In this document: positions 52,081 through 64,000 of the stretch, in pieces
How positions within the stretch are numbered: the stretch's first letter is position 1
Layout of the letters: each line of letters begins with the position of its first letter
Assembly: GCF_006345805.1 (NCBI RefSeq)
Contig: NC_043000.1
Location: forward strand, 106,268,001-106,332,000
DNA length: 64,000 nt
Source: Octopus sinensis
Lineage: Eukaryota
Direction: 5' to 3'
Translations under genes and position numbers: made by a program
Notes under the pieces: generated by a model
Databases searched by the model: none
Told to the model about the DNA's origin: nothing
Seen by the model: only the letters and a program-made list of their open reading frames with translations

Positions 52081-52338
52081 GTATATATATATATAGATAT
52101 ATATATATATATTATATGTATATATATATATCTATATATATATATATTATATATATATGTATATTATATATATATGTATAATATATATATATATATTATA
52201 TATATTATATATATATATATATATAATATGTATATATATAATATATAATATATATATATATGTATATATATATGTATCTATATATATATATATATATCTA
52301 TATATATATATTATATGTATATGTATATATAATATATA

Positions 52339-52369
<31 letters not shown>

Positions 52370-52427
52370 ATGTATATATATATATATATATATATATGTA
52401 ATATATATATATATATATATATATCTG

Positions 52428-52480
<53 letters not shown>

Positions 52481-52603
52481 ATATGTATATATATATATAT
52501 GTATATATATATCTGTATATATATATCTATATATATATGTATATATATATAATATGTATATGTATATATGTATATATATATAATATATATATATGTATAT
52601 ATC

Positions 52604-52644
<41 letters not shown>

Positions 52645-52703
52645 GTATATATATATAATATATATGTATATATATATATATGTTATATATATATATATGT
52701 ATC

Positions 52704-52789
<86 letters not shown>

Positions 52790-52906
52790 GTATATGTATA
52801 TATATATATTATATGTATATATATATATGTATATATATCTATATATGTATAATGTATATATATATATATTGTATATATATATATATATCTGTATATATAT
52901 ATATTG

Positions 52907-52939
<33 letters not shown>

Positions 52940-53371
52940 GTATGTATATGTATGTATGTGTATATATATGTATATATATATATGTATATATATGTATATA
53001 TATATATGTATATATATATATTATATGTATATATATATGTATATATATGTATATGTATATATATGTATATGTATATATAGATATGTATATATATATATGT
53101 ATATATATATATGTATATATATAATGTATATATATGTATATGTATATGTATAATATGTATATGTATATAATATATGTATATATATATATGTATATATATA
53201 TATGTATATATATATATGTATATATATATGTATATATATATAGTATATGTATATATATGTATATGTATAATATATGTATATATATGTATATGTATATATA
53301 TGTATATGTATATATATATATATGTATATATATGTATATGTATATATATGTATATATATGTATATGTATAT

Positions 53372-53404
<33 letters not shown>

Positions 53405-53438
53405 TATATATGTATATATATGTATATGTATATATATG

Positions 53439-53469
<31 letters not shown>

Positions 53470-53520
53470 GTATATGTATATATATATACACACATATACA
53501 TACATATAGATAGATAGATA
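51996..53520. repeat. ~1.5-kb imperfect (TA)n/(TATG)n microsatellite
   Basis: Seen directly; it accounts for the YI-repeat ORFs. Shorter arrays at ~1485-1735, 4070-4200, 5725-5910, 9495-9570, 9810-10020, 12980-13225, 58175-58470 and elsewhere. Confidence 0.97.
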
Positions 53521-53621
53521 GGTAGATAAGTTTTGACTTGTCTTATCGATTTTATGTGTCTGCATATTTCTATATTTTTCACATGTATGTATAAATAGAC
53601 TTAATATCCTTTATATTTCAG

Positions 53622-53767
53622 CATTACCTATGTTGGAGTCAGAACTAACAGAAGAAAAGTTTTTAGTTAATGCCAAAGTTCAATATTTAAGATTCCTCAT
53701 TCTATCAGGACACGACAGTTTTGCCTCCGTACACAAAGTATCAATAAATGGCACTTCAGTTCGTTAA
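53622..53767 (+). CDS. IFT25: IFT25 exon 4 (last)
   Basis: cag acceptor; QYLRFLILSGHDSFASVHKVSINGT resembles TYLRFIIVSAFDHFASVHSVSAEGT; TAA at 53765-53767; AATAAA at 53881. The four exons sum to 420 nt (139 aa). Confidence 0.95.
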
Positions 53768-54539
53768 CGCAGTCCTACATTTTCACATGTTCACATTTTT
53801 ATTCATCCAAAAACCTTTTATGTCTGTTAATTATATATTTTAAAATCAGGATTTACCTTTGGGCAGTTTGAATGTTATTTAATAAAACAATAATTGTATA
53901 ATTGGTTGAATGTTCAAATATAAGAGAGGAATTGTAATTAATTGGAACTAAGACAGACTGCTATTAAATACTTCTTATTTTGACCAGATGTCTTAAGTGC
54001 TACTTTCTTTTGCTTTTTCACTTGTTTTTTTTTAATATTTATCTATCTGTCTGTGTTTGTGCCTGTGAAGATGCATGCTCTGGTGATTAAGGTGTTGTAT
54101 TCATGATCATTAGATCACAGGTTTGATTATTGGACCAGATAGCACATTGTGCAATTGAGCAAAACACTTCATCTCATGTTACTCTAAGATCATTTCGAGA
54201 TCTGACGTGTGGTACACTTATGCACCTGTACAGGTAATGTTGATTTGATGGAGGGAGTGACGTATGCACAAACATTTGATCACTATAAATTGATCATGAG
54301 GGTGGTTGTTCAGCATGAAGTTGCAGAATCATCTTCTGTTGTCTGATGACTAAAGACTCCATGACATGTATATCTGTATCTACCTATTTACCTACCTTGG
54401 TTTGGTCTCTACCTACCTACTCACCTACACTTCCAAACTTGATTAATATTTACATAGGATTTTGCCCCTCTGAGGGCGAAATTTCCAAAACTTTGAAGGT
54501 TTTCGTCAATTCATTTTAGCCATTTCATATATATAATTT

Positions 54540-55700
54540 AAATATGCAGATAATAGAGAAAACTTTAGATCAACAAGTAAACAAATTGATGAACATCGGT
54601 TAATTATCTTTTAATATAAAACATAACATATTACATAACATTTCTCACGGCCGTTTCGGCTGACGATGTCAATCGGTGCTTACAAAGAAAATCCTGAAAA
54701 TAATATTCGCCATCTTTATCGCATATTCGATCTAGTACATGGAGTTTCATCAGAGTGAATACAAATACAATAAATAAATAAAATAAAATAAACGAAGAGA
54801 AAAGAGGAGAGGAAAGAACAGAGCCTTGCGATGAGGCTAGAAGGCTCAATATATTAGAATCATACCATTTTGCAGTGTGAAGCTTGAAGTCGATAGGCAA
54901 AAGAGTGAACTAGCAAATGAGCTAGAGAAATAATTTATAGGTTATCTCTTTATGTAGGGGCTCCAGGGTGTATAAGTAGTAGTAGGATAAACTAGTACTA
55001 AAGTAAATCAGGAATCGCCAATATGTCTAGAAAACAAAGAGTATTTATGATTTCGTAAATAGAGCTATTTAATATTTATCCCAAACCAAGCCTGTAGAGT
55101 TTTTATAATGGTGTACTTACTGAAATATTCTAGAGACCAAACATCTATTGTCCGTAATGGAACTAACCAAAGTCCTTCCATCTCTACAATTGGTCAATTA
55201 TATTTAAAGCAAGGGCAAGTTAAGACCGTTACAGGGGTAGACGTAAATAAAGAAGAAAAATGAACCTGTAAATAAAAAGGTGTGGGAGAGAAGACTATGT
55301 CATAAGTGGCACGAGGCCTCTTATGCCCTTCCACACCATCTCAACATAACAAAAAAAAATAAGATGAGTACGAGCAACCAATACGGCTATCAACTTTTTT
55401 ACAGTTAAGGGGAGACTACTGATTGTGGGGTGCATACTAGTGGAAATTACCTATGAAATATAATGCTAAATATGCCATCTTAAATAGCCAGCATACTTCC
55501 AAGTGGTGGTAATACTAGACGAACTAGTAAATGTCTATTTCTGAAAGAGTGTTGGTGTGTGGATAGTCTACTTTTCATTTCATTTTGGGTAGCTCCTATG
55601 TATATTCTTTTACTAAACTGTGTTGTGACTGTGCACTGTGTCTTTTACAGGTAATTCCAAGGCACAATTATCCTTGTACTTTTGCCCTCTCGTATGTCTA
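54540..55700 (-). mobile_element. Highly degenerate Penelope-like remnant
   Basis: The minus strand encodes RIYIGATQNEMKSRLSTHQHSF (GIY-YIG) near 55540-55610. A decayed HHR 3' half GCC-GAAA-CGGCCG lies at ~54645-54660. Confidence 0.55.
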
Positions 55701-56416
55701 AGAGGCAGAATGCACTCAGTAACGTGTAGACAGTTACTTGTTTGCGGGTGTATATCACTGAAACTGTCCCAAGAATTGAGTTACTCGTTAGAAAAAGCCA
55801 AGCTTATTCATCTCACTAAAACATGTAAGATTAAATTAAGTTAAATTTATTTTTCACATAAATATATGGCTCGAAATTTTGCGGGAGGGAACAGCTAGTT
55901 ATATCAGAAGGATGGAGAGCAAACTTTGCAACGGTGGGGTTTGAATTCTTTATATTAAATTAATAAAAATAGAATCAATTCTCTGCTCTATGGTATGCTT
56001 TATACTATTCTTCACACCTAATACACCAATATTGCCAGATATGACGAAATAAAGGTTTAAGAACTCCTGAGTAAATTCGTTAACAAGAAATATATATACA
56101 ATACAAATCATTAAATATATAGCAGAAGAAAGGAAAAAGATTTTGCCTGTTTTCGCAAAATAACTCAGTATCAAATTTTCATTTCAGTTTCAGAGTATTT
56201 AAAGCTATTAAAAAATATATATAAATCCAAAATTAGTAAATTTATCTCCCAGGTAAGAAAAATTTACCCTGGAGGTAAATTTTCCTTCAGTCTGGTATTG
56301 TATTGTACTAACAGAACTGCTTCATTTCTAACTTTCATTACAATACTTCAATAAGAACCATTTAACGATTACAGCTAAAATATGACAAAGACTTTGGGGC
56401 CGTTTCTCCCTCTACA

Positions 56417-57215
56417 TTGTATGTATACACATACACAACAGACGTGGTAAACAAACTACATGGTAAGTTCTGGAGAGGAAAGATATTTCTTTACATAGAG
56501 GGGGACAGACAAGGGACATTCAGGGTACAAACTCGCTTCTTACATACAGTGCGAAAAACCGGATGGATTTACATATATTGTGAATGGGGGTTAAAAATAT
56601 AAATTTAAATGATGATCGGATGAGTTTTGGGTCCGGGTTAGTGAGTTAACCCGCCGGTTGGTTATCCCCTTTTGGTAATCTTTTCCCTTCCTTTTATGCT
56701 CTGACCGACCGTGCAAGCACAGCCTCGTGCATTCTCATCTTTCTTACCACTGTCGTCCATCTTTTTCCAAAGGCTCTTTGCAGCAGGCTCCTCCTCTCCA
56801 GACGGATCTTGCTGGACAGATGGGCAGCGAAGTAATTCACCAGCCCACGTCTGGAGATGAATTGACCTGTCGCAATCCCTTTTTCTCGCGTCTTCCTTAC
56901 CACATCTTTCAGTATGGTTACTACGCAGAGAAAAGCTACCTTCTTTTCTTTGGCGAAAGAGGAAGGTGGTACAATCTTTATCATGGACTCGGACGAGAAT
57001 CGTACTCTTTCGGCATCCGACAACAGCTGTTCGGCAAAGGCCATCAACTCTTCACAGTGTACGAAGGCGTACGTAACCGTTTCACAGGCACACCCGCACC
57101 TCGGACACGTGGGGGAGATGTCAGTACCATGCCTTGACAACCTTTCTCGAATCGGTAAAGCCGACCGGTAGCACAGCCAGGTCAAAGATTTCTGGAACAC
57201 CGATTGCTTCGACAT
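56417..57215 (-). mobile_element. L1/Tx1-like LINE 3' fragment (zf-RVT region)
   Basis: W...RSALPIRERLSRHG...PTCPRCGCACETVTYAFVHC, a CCHC-like C-terminal domain, followed by a 3' UTR. Confidence 0.75.
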
Positions 57216-57772
57216 AAAGAATGGTTGGTATTACGTATCATCAATTCAAATGACGTCAGATTAGAGATTCGCAGTTCACAATTGAACGATTTCTTTTCTG
57301 ATATTTTCTGTTTGCATCGCTTTAGCTCTTTTCTTTTGTCTGAGGTTTCAGGTAAGTTGACAAGTTGTACTCATTGCTCTGCTCTTCTAATCGCAGTTAT
57401 TTTCTTTGTTGTGTTTGATCTGACTGACATTGTCCGTTGAAACATAGAGGTCTGCATCTTTAATAGATTTCGAGAACCGCTTTCCAAGGGTTATTGGTCA
57501 GTACCGATCGCCGATCAAGCAGACCTATAATTAAAAAACAGTTCAGCTGTAACTATTTTGTCTTTTATTTTTCAATCAGATTATCTGGCATCACTCATTA
57601 TCCAAAGTATCCTTTCTTTAATATGCTATGGTGTGATTTAAAGGAGATTTGATTGCCATTTCTAGAAGGTCACACGACCAAATAAATGCTCTTACATTCA
57701 TCTCTGATAGAGTGATATTGGATTATTCGTTTAGTCCACTGCTCATATTCCACCATCGGTGCTTTGTCTATG

Positions 57773-57899
57773 CAGTAGCGTAACTAGGAGGGGCAAGGGA
57801 ACGTTCCACTCCGAGCGATGTTTTTATGGGGTCGGCGTTTTGGGGTCTGTTGCATAAGCCTGTATAAAAGGTGTACGGCAAACTCAAGTTATCCCGCTG
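57773..57899. mobile_element. 127-bp hAT-type MITE
   Basis: Perfect 8-bp TSD TGTCTATG (57765-57772 and 57900-57907); imperfect TIRs CAGTAGCGTAACTAG / CAAGTTATCCCGCTG. Confidence 0.8.
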
Positions 57900-58176
57900 T
57901 GTCTATGACCTAGACTTTTAACACTTGTAAATTGGTAACAAGTGGCAGTACAGCTAACCATTTTAAGTTGCTGGAACATTGTGTAAATGGCAAGTGTTTG
58001 TGCAATGTTAAAACAAGATTCCTCCTAAGGTTGTGCCTTAAATGTAGAGGCGCTCTGGGAAACAGACTTGGCTTAGTTGAATGACAATCCTACCAGTTAT
58101 TGTTCTTTGATAAGTACTGACGTTCAATATATAGTGTACGCTGTACTTCTATCCAGTCTCTACAATATACACACAC

Positions 58177-58227
<51 letters not shown>

Positions 58228-58375
58228 TATATTATATATATATATATATATATACAAAATGGGACAAGAACGCAAAACATTCAGAAGACGATACAAAAAA
58301 CACGAACGGGTCATTCGAAACCTTCAATCTTCAGTCAAGAACCGGATCATCCTCGCAATTTCGCCTGATTATATG

Positions 58376-58460
<85 letters not shown>

Positions 58461-59334
58461 CATATATATATACCGGAGTAAGCACATAAATGTGAAACAA
58501 GGTGGAAAAAAAGAGTACTCAAATACCAGAGGTCGGATAATATGCTTTATTTAAAAGCAGCAGAAATATCACAAAAACTTACTCCCCGTTCGTTGGACAG
58601 TTTTGTTAGAATGGAACAGAAATTACGATATAATCAAACAAAAAACTAGTTTAAAAGATACACCTTTGAAAATGGTTTTGTTTCATTGGTCCTTTCAACT
58701 AACTGTCTTAAGCATGCAATGAACAAAATAAATTCAGTATAAATTCATCCTATTGTAAAATCGAAGAAAACCTTAAATCGAAGGACAGATTCCAAATACA
58801 TATGGTAAATAATCACATGCGAAATATGTCAATTAACACATTAAAATTAAAATTAAAGAATTTCACGCTGTATTACATAAACATCTTTTCAGCAGTATAT
58901 ACGCACAAATACACACATATACACATATGTACGCATACATGCACGCGTACAAAATCTCTTGGTGTATACATATATATGTAAAACATAAATATATACACAA
59001 ATACACACATAACATATGTACGCATACATGCACGCGCACAAAACTTCTTAGTGTATACATATAAAGGAGAGTTATTACAGACGAGAGAAAAGGGAGTATA
59101 CCTTAAGCGTAGGGAGGAGGGAGAGAAAAAGAAAAAGAAAAAGAGACGTAAAAGAAAAAAGAAAAAGAAACAGAGCGAAAGAGAAGAGAAAAAGAAGAAA
59201 AGCTTGTTAAAAGAACTTGTTATTATTGAGTGAGAGAGCAGTGTATCTCATCAAAGTGGCACTGGGGTAAAATATACGTATTATTGTTATTGTTATTATT
59301 GTTGTTGTTTTGTTATTTTTGTTATTATTATTAT

Positions 59335-60500
59335 TGATTTGACTCAGGTTCACTCTTATTCCTGGCAGGATTTTTGTGGGTAGCGGGTTACTACCTGTAA
59401 CCTTAAGTATCCACTAGCTTTCAATAGTATTTCAAGTACTTAAGACCCTCCTGATAATCTTTCCCGTCCCTAAGAGGCAAATTTTCTGTAGAAGCTCTAC
59501 AGGACATTCTATTCCAATCTCCTTTAACTATTTGTCTATATATTTGCTAACTGTTCCCAATGCACCAATTATCATAGGCACAACCTTTACAGTTTTTATA
59601 TTCCACATTGTTGCAATTCCAAATTTTAAGGGATTGTATTTTTATTGTTTTTCATCATCTTTCTTTTTACGAGCCTGGAATCAAACGGACATAATGGATC
59701 AATTAATAAGCAACTTCGCTTTTCCTTGTCTATTATTTTCAAGCTTCTTGTCCGTTTGAATAGGAAAATCCCACAAAATCTTACAATTCTCCGACTCCAG
59801 CACTCTTTTGGCCCTGATGTTCACGCCGTGTATCTCCCGCTTCAGATCCCAATTTCTGGCAAAGTTTCCAATGTACAACTTTTTTACAGCTTGGCCATGT
59901 CTCCATTCCTTATATTCTTCCTGTGCCAACTTGGGACATTCTTCAACAATGTGTACTACTACCTCGTTTCAAATTCCGCAAACTCAACATTTTTCTGACA
60001 CGTTCTCCCCATATTAATTTTTCCTCAAGTTTGTTTTTATCGTTTGATCCTGGGCTGCTACAATCAGGTTCTCTGTTTCCTGTTTTTAATTACCCTTTTT
60101 TTTATCCAAGCCCTGGATTTTGTTCCACATACATCTTCAGTGGCTCTCCAAAATTGACAACGCAGAGGTTTCTCTTCTATCTGTTTAATGTTCTCTCTTT
60201 GAATTCCATTCTTGTCCTTTTCTCCTATTCCACACTTCATCACTTGCTCCTCATTCACCTTCTTTAGTAGTTTCTATGTGCTGTTCTGTAAATATTCTAG
60301 TGAGCTTTTTCTTTCCATCTATACACACTCTTCCACAGCAATTAAGCCTCTTCCACTCTGATCTCTCTTCAGGGGCAACCAGTTGATATCAGCTTTCGGA
60401 TGGTGAGCACCATGTATTGTCAACAGCTTTCTAGTTTTTCTCTCAAGTTTCCGTATATCGTTTTTAGTCCAGTTTACAATTCCAACTCTATATCTGATTA
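59335..60500 (-). mobile_element. R4/Dong-like LINE, 3' part (continues at 63441-~63760)
   Basis: LIRYRVGIVNWT..DIRKLERKTRKLLT.HGAHHPKAD...L.R..GRGL, AQEEYK.WRH, ESENCKILWDFPIQTD; 3' end in (TAA)n. Confidence 0.85.
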
Positions 60501-63440
60501 GGGTAGACTGGGGTAAAGAGTCCACCTGGGGTAAAAGGCCTACCCTGTTTTGCGTGGAGATGTATAAACTAATCATCAGTATGCTGTCACCATTTGACTG
60601 GATGGCTACTGCGCATGTCCGACGGGCGTTCTGGAGAGAACAAAGCTCGTTCGAATGAGTTTATAGCTAAATTTTACTTTTTCTTTGATTTCTTGAAAAG
60701 ATCGTTATAACTGCCGAGTATTTTTGATGTTATTTCTGCTGTGTTGCCGCGGACATTTAATGAACTTAGCTAATGAAATATAGCAACATTTGGGGTAAGA
60801 GGCCCACCATCTATGGTGGGGGGGGGGGGAAAGACCCCCCCCCCCGCACTAGGCTTTTTATCCCAACAGTGTACTTTTGTACCCGCTCTATTTTAGGATT
60901 AGGGTTAGCGTTAGGATTAGGGTAAAAGGGGGTATGAAAGTAAAATAGCCAGGGGCTATAATACACATCGCATACACACAAACATGTGTCACATACACAT
61001 AATACAGGGGCGCCCCAAGAGGGGATCACAGGGTGACGAGACTCCCTCCCGCCACCACTAAAGCATCTCCAATTCTTTTGCCCGGAATTTTTGACTGGCT
61101 GTTGTTAGGCTATAACTGTTTTTATTCTTTACTTTTAGAGTTTTACCTAAAATGCCACGTACGTACAAAAGAATAATGTTGAGAGCCTCATATACAGAGG
61201 AAGATTTGCAGAGAGCTATTGAAGCAGTTAAAGAAGGTGGAATTTCTCCAAGGACACTTAGACGCCATAGGGATGAAAAAGTTGCAAAACAGGGATCTGA
61301 GCTGCTAGGTAGATTCCGGCCTGATATTAATTATGAGTTTGAAGCTGAACTTGTTTCCAAGATTCAGTGCATGGAAAAAGCTTTGTTTTGGCTAACAACT
61401 GAAGACGTTCATAGACCAGCTTATGATTTTGCCAACTAGATAGGTATAGAACATCGATTTAATATTGATAGTAAAATGGCTGGATCTGACTGGCTTAGTT
61501 GGGTTCCTCTCACACGATCCAGAGCTTGCAATTCGTAAGCCAGAACCAATGAACATTTCAAGGCCAGCTGGATTTAACAAACCTCAAGTTGAGAAGTTTT
61601 TCGATGCCTACAAGAGCGTGCTAACCAGCAACCACTATGGTCCTACGCAAATCTGGAACATGGACGAGAGAGGAGTATCCAATGTTCAGAAACCTGCAAA
61701 TGTCATTGTCACCAAAAGGATACGGGAAGTTGGTAAAATTACCAGTGGGGGAAAAAGGAAAGACAGTAACTGTCATATGTACTACAAATGCCGTTGGAGC
61801 TTACATACCTCCGATGTTCATATTTCCTAGGAAGCGTATGAATAACGCGCTAGATGGGGCAATTGGTCAGTGCACTGAAAGCGGCTGGACTGACGAAGAA
61901 AGCTTCCTAAAATGGATGAGACACTTCACTGCCATAGCAAAACCGTCACAAGCAGAACAGCACATAATAATACTGGATGGTCATCATAGCCACAAAACCT
62001 TGCTGCTGTTGAATATACTCGTTCGAATGGGATTGAACTCATAACTCTGCCACCCCATTGCATTCATAAGCCGTCACACAAAGCATTCTTCAAACCCTTG
62101 AAAAGTGCATATAAGGCATCAGCAGACACTTGGATGGTTGTCAATCAAGGTAAACGGATCAGTTTCTATGACATTTCCGAAATTTTTGCAGTTGCTTATA
62201 ACAAAACAACTACGGAGAAAAAATCGGTGAATGGTTTCAGGGTTTGTGAGCTTTGACCATTCAATGACAGCATCTTCTCTGGTTATGATTTCATTGCAGC
62301 GACACTGATTGATGAGTCAGAACCACAACAAGAAGATGCTGTGCAGCAACCCCAACGGGCTTTATCACTGAGACAACAAAAATCTGTCATCCAGGAAGAA
62401 AAAGACTAGGGCAAACAGAAGAAGTCATTACTGGAGACACTCAGCAAACAAATCCTATTAATGCTCCATCAACGTCAGCTGGTGGATCAAACTCACAAAC
62501 ACCAGACATTGTGTCTGTCAAAATTGTGCTGTCAGAGCTGTCTTCACCCGTGAAGTCTGTAACAAAGCGCACACGTAGGCATAAAACAGAAAGTGCTGAG
62601 GTCTTAACATCTTCGGGGAAAAAGAACAAAAAGAACCCGGAGAAAGGTAAAAAGAGAAAAAAAAACTGGGATTAATCAAGCAACAAAGAAACAAAAAAAG
62701 TTCAAATCGGAGTAATGTTGCTGGTGAAAATTCAGACGATGAGAAATGGTCATGCCTAGTTTTTGAAGAGTCATTTTGTAACAGTAGACCAAGGGAAATG
62801 TGAATCCAGTGTGTGTCATGGCGACTGTGGGCCCACGAGAAATGCACACCTGGAGAACACAATTATACGTATTAGAACTGTGATTCAGATGAAGAAGAAG
62901 GCTAGGGATTCATTGGAAATAATACTTTCTTCAGTTCTTCAAAGCATTTTCTTACAACATTTAGAAATCAAACAGCTTTATCTCACTCACTGACTTAGTA
63001 GATCTGATTAAAATGCCTAACAAACATCAAATCCTTGTTTTAAATAGTGATAGATTGAGTATCCATAGTCTCCATGGTGACCGTAGGCTTAGACCAGATG
63101 GTATTTCTCTGAAATTTCTTTCCTACTCCTGTATCTGCTTACTCTATAGGAAAAGCTTGACACCACGTAATGTCTGTATGGATAATTTACTGTAACTTTG
63201 ACTCGTGGGGTAAAACGACCCCTATAGACCTTTTGCCCCGACAACGGGGTAAGAAGCCCATTCATTGATTTTTTTTTCTTTAATTTTTTGTTCCGCCAGA
63301 GAAGTTCCACCATCAAAACTACCTGTTTTAAATTAGGCACGACTTTCTACATACGTTCCAATGAAAAGTTATGTTTGATACGTGTTTCAAGACGGTTATA
63401 AGACATTTTCCTTAAGGGTTGGGGTTACCCCAGTCTACCC
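60501..63440 (+). mobile_element. Full-length (2940 bp) pogo-like Tc1/mariner-superfamily transposon (HTH_psq, CENP-B HTH, DDE_1, C-terminal Cys/His finger), frameshifted
   Basis: Perfect TIR GGGTAGACTGGGGTAA with TA TSD; MPRTYKR...YTEEDLQRAIEAVKEG, IWNMDERG, SGWTDEESFLKW, IIILDGHHSH. Confidence 0.92.
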
Positions 63441-63760
63441 TAAGGGTACTGCTCTTGTATTTATTGCTTCAATAACATTTTTTGAATTCAGCTTTGACTG
63501 CAATAATTTTCTCACTCTCCTTGTAATATTCTTTACTGGTAATTTGTTTCATTTCTTCATGTCTTATTTCATCTGCTTCCATTATTCCCAAATACTTATA
63601 CCATTGTCCTTTCTCAACCGCTTTCATTGTTTGCCCATTTGGCATTTCAATTCCTTAGCTTCCTACAAATCTTCCTCGTCTCATTTTCAACATAGCGCAC
63701 TTTTCGATCCCAAATTCTATACCGACATCATTTGAGAAACTGCAAACAGTACGTATAAGA
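63441..63760 (-). mobile_element. R4/Dong-like LINE upstream RT part
   Basis: Removing the transposon and one TA restores AVPLIRYRVGIVNW; upstream YLGI and KEYYKR-like RT motifs. Confidence 0.75.
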
Positions 63761-64000
63761 ATTTCAAGCTGTTTTTCATTTTCTGCATTAATGTTTATAC
63801 CTCCCATAAAAAGGAAATGAGTTATCTGAGCATATCCTTTTCTCGAAGCTTAGATCAGAAATTTTGAAAATTAAAGGTGTCTATTTACTTCCTGCATGTC
63901 TGTGTATATATCGTCTGTAAAACATGAAGCCGAAAGAAGCGCAATCTAAAATATAGAGCAATACATATTAAAAATGGGGAAGACGGTTTTATGGGATTAC

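Noticed and set aside
54640-54760. Long-stem-II hammerhead on the minus strand
   Set aside because: The cleavage triplet is GUG and stems I and II do not pair; an inactive remnant.

Overview
AT-rich, repeat-saturated animal genomic DNA, most likely an octopus or other coleoid cephalopod. That taxon is an inference from the (TA)n/(CA)n density and the tRNA-SINE and RTE-tail families. Two spliced protein-coding genes lie head-to-head around a ~0.3 kb shared promoter at ~38.6-39.0 kb. LRRC42 is on the minus strand (5 coding exons, 32562->27748, 289 aa). IFT25/HSPB11 is on the plus strand (4 coding exons, 38985->53767, 139 aa). Human has the same divergent gene pair. The rest is transposon debris: an RTE LINE, R4/Dong-like and L1/Tx1-like LINE fragments, three Penelope-like (PLE) fragments, a deleted Gypsy LTR element, mariner, piggyBac, a full-length pogo-like DDE_1 element nested in a LINE, MITEs and many SINEs. 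The most striking unannotated signal is a dense set of short, often palindromic, (TA)n-flanked non-coding elements carrying type I hammerhead ribozyme (HHR) folds from at least six sequence families. They include canonical cores (15525-15585, 16029-16089, 50455-50539, 51748-51856), a compensatory U3-A8 core (2803-2850 and its mirror copy) and A-insertion variants. Two HHR folds with intact CUGAUGA/GAAA/GUA cores lie in sense orientation in IFT25 intron 3. All folds were read by eye; activity is untested. Most ORFs in the supplied track are microsatellite artefacts.
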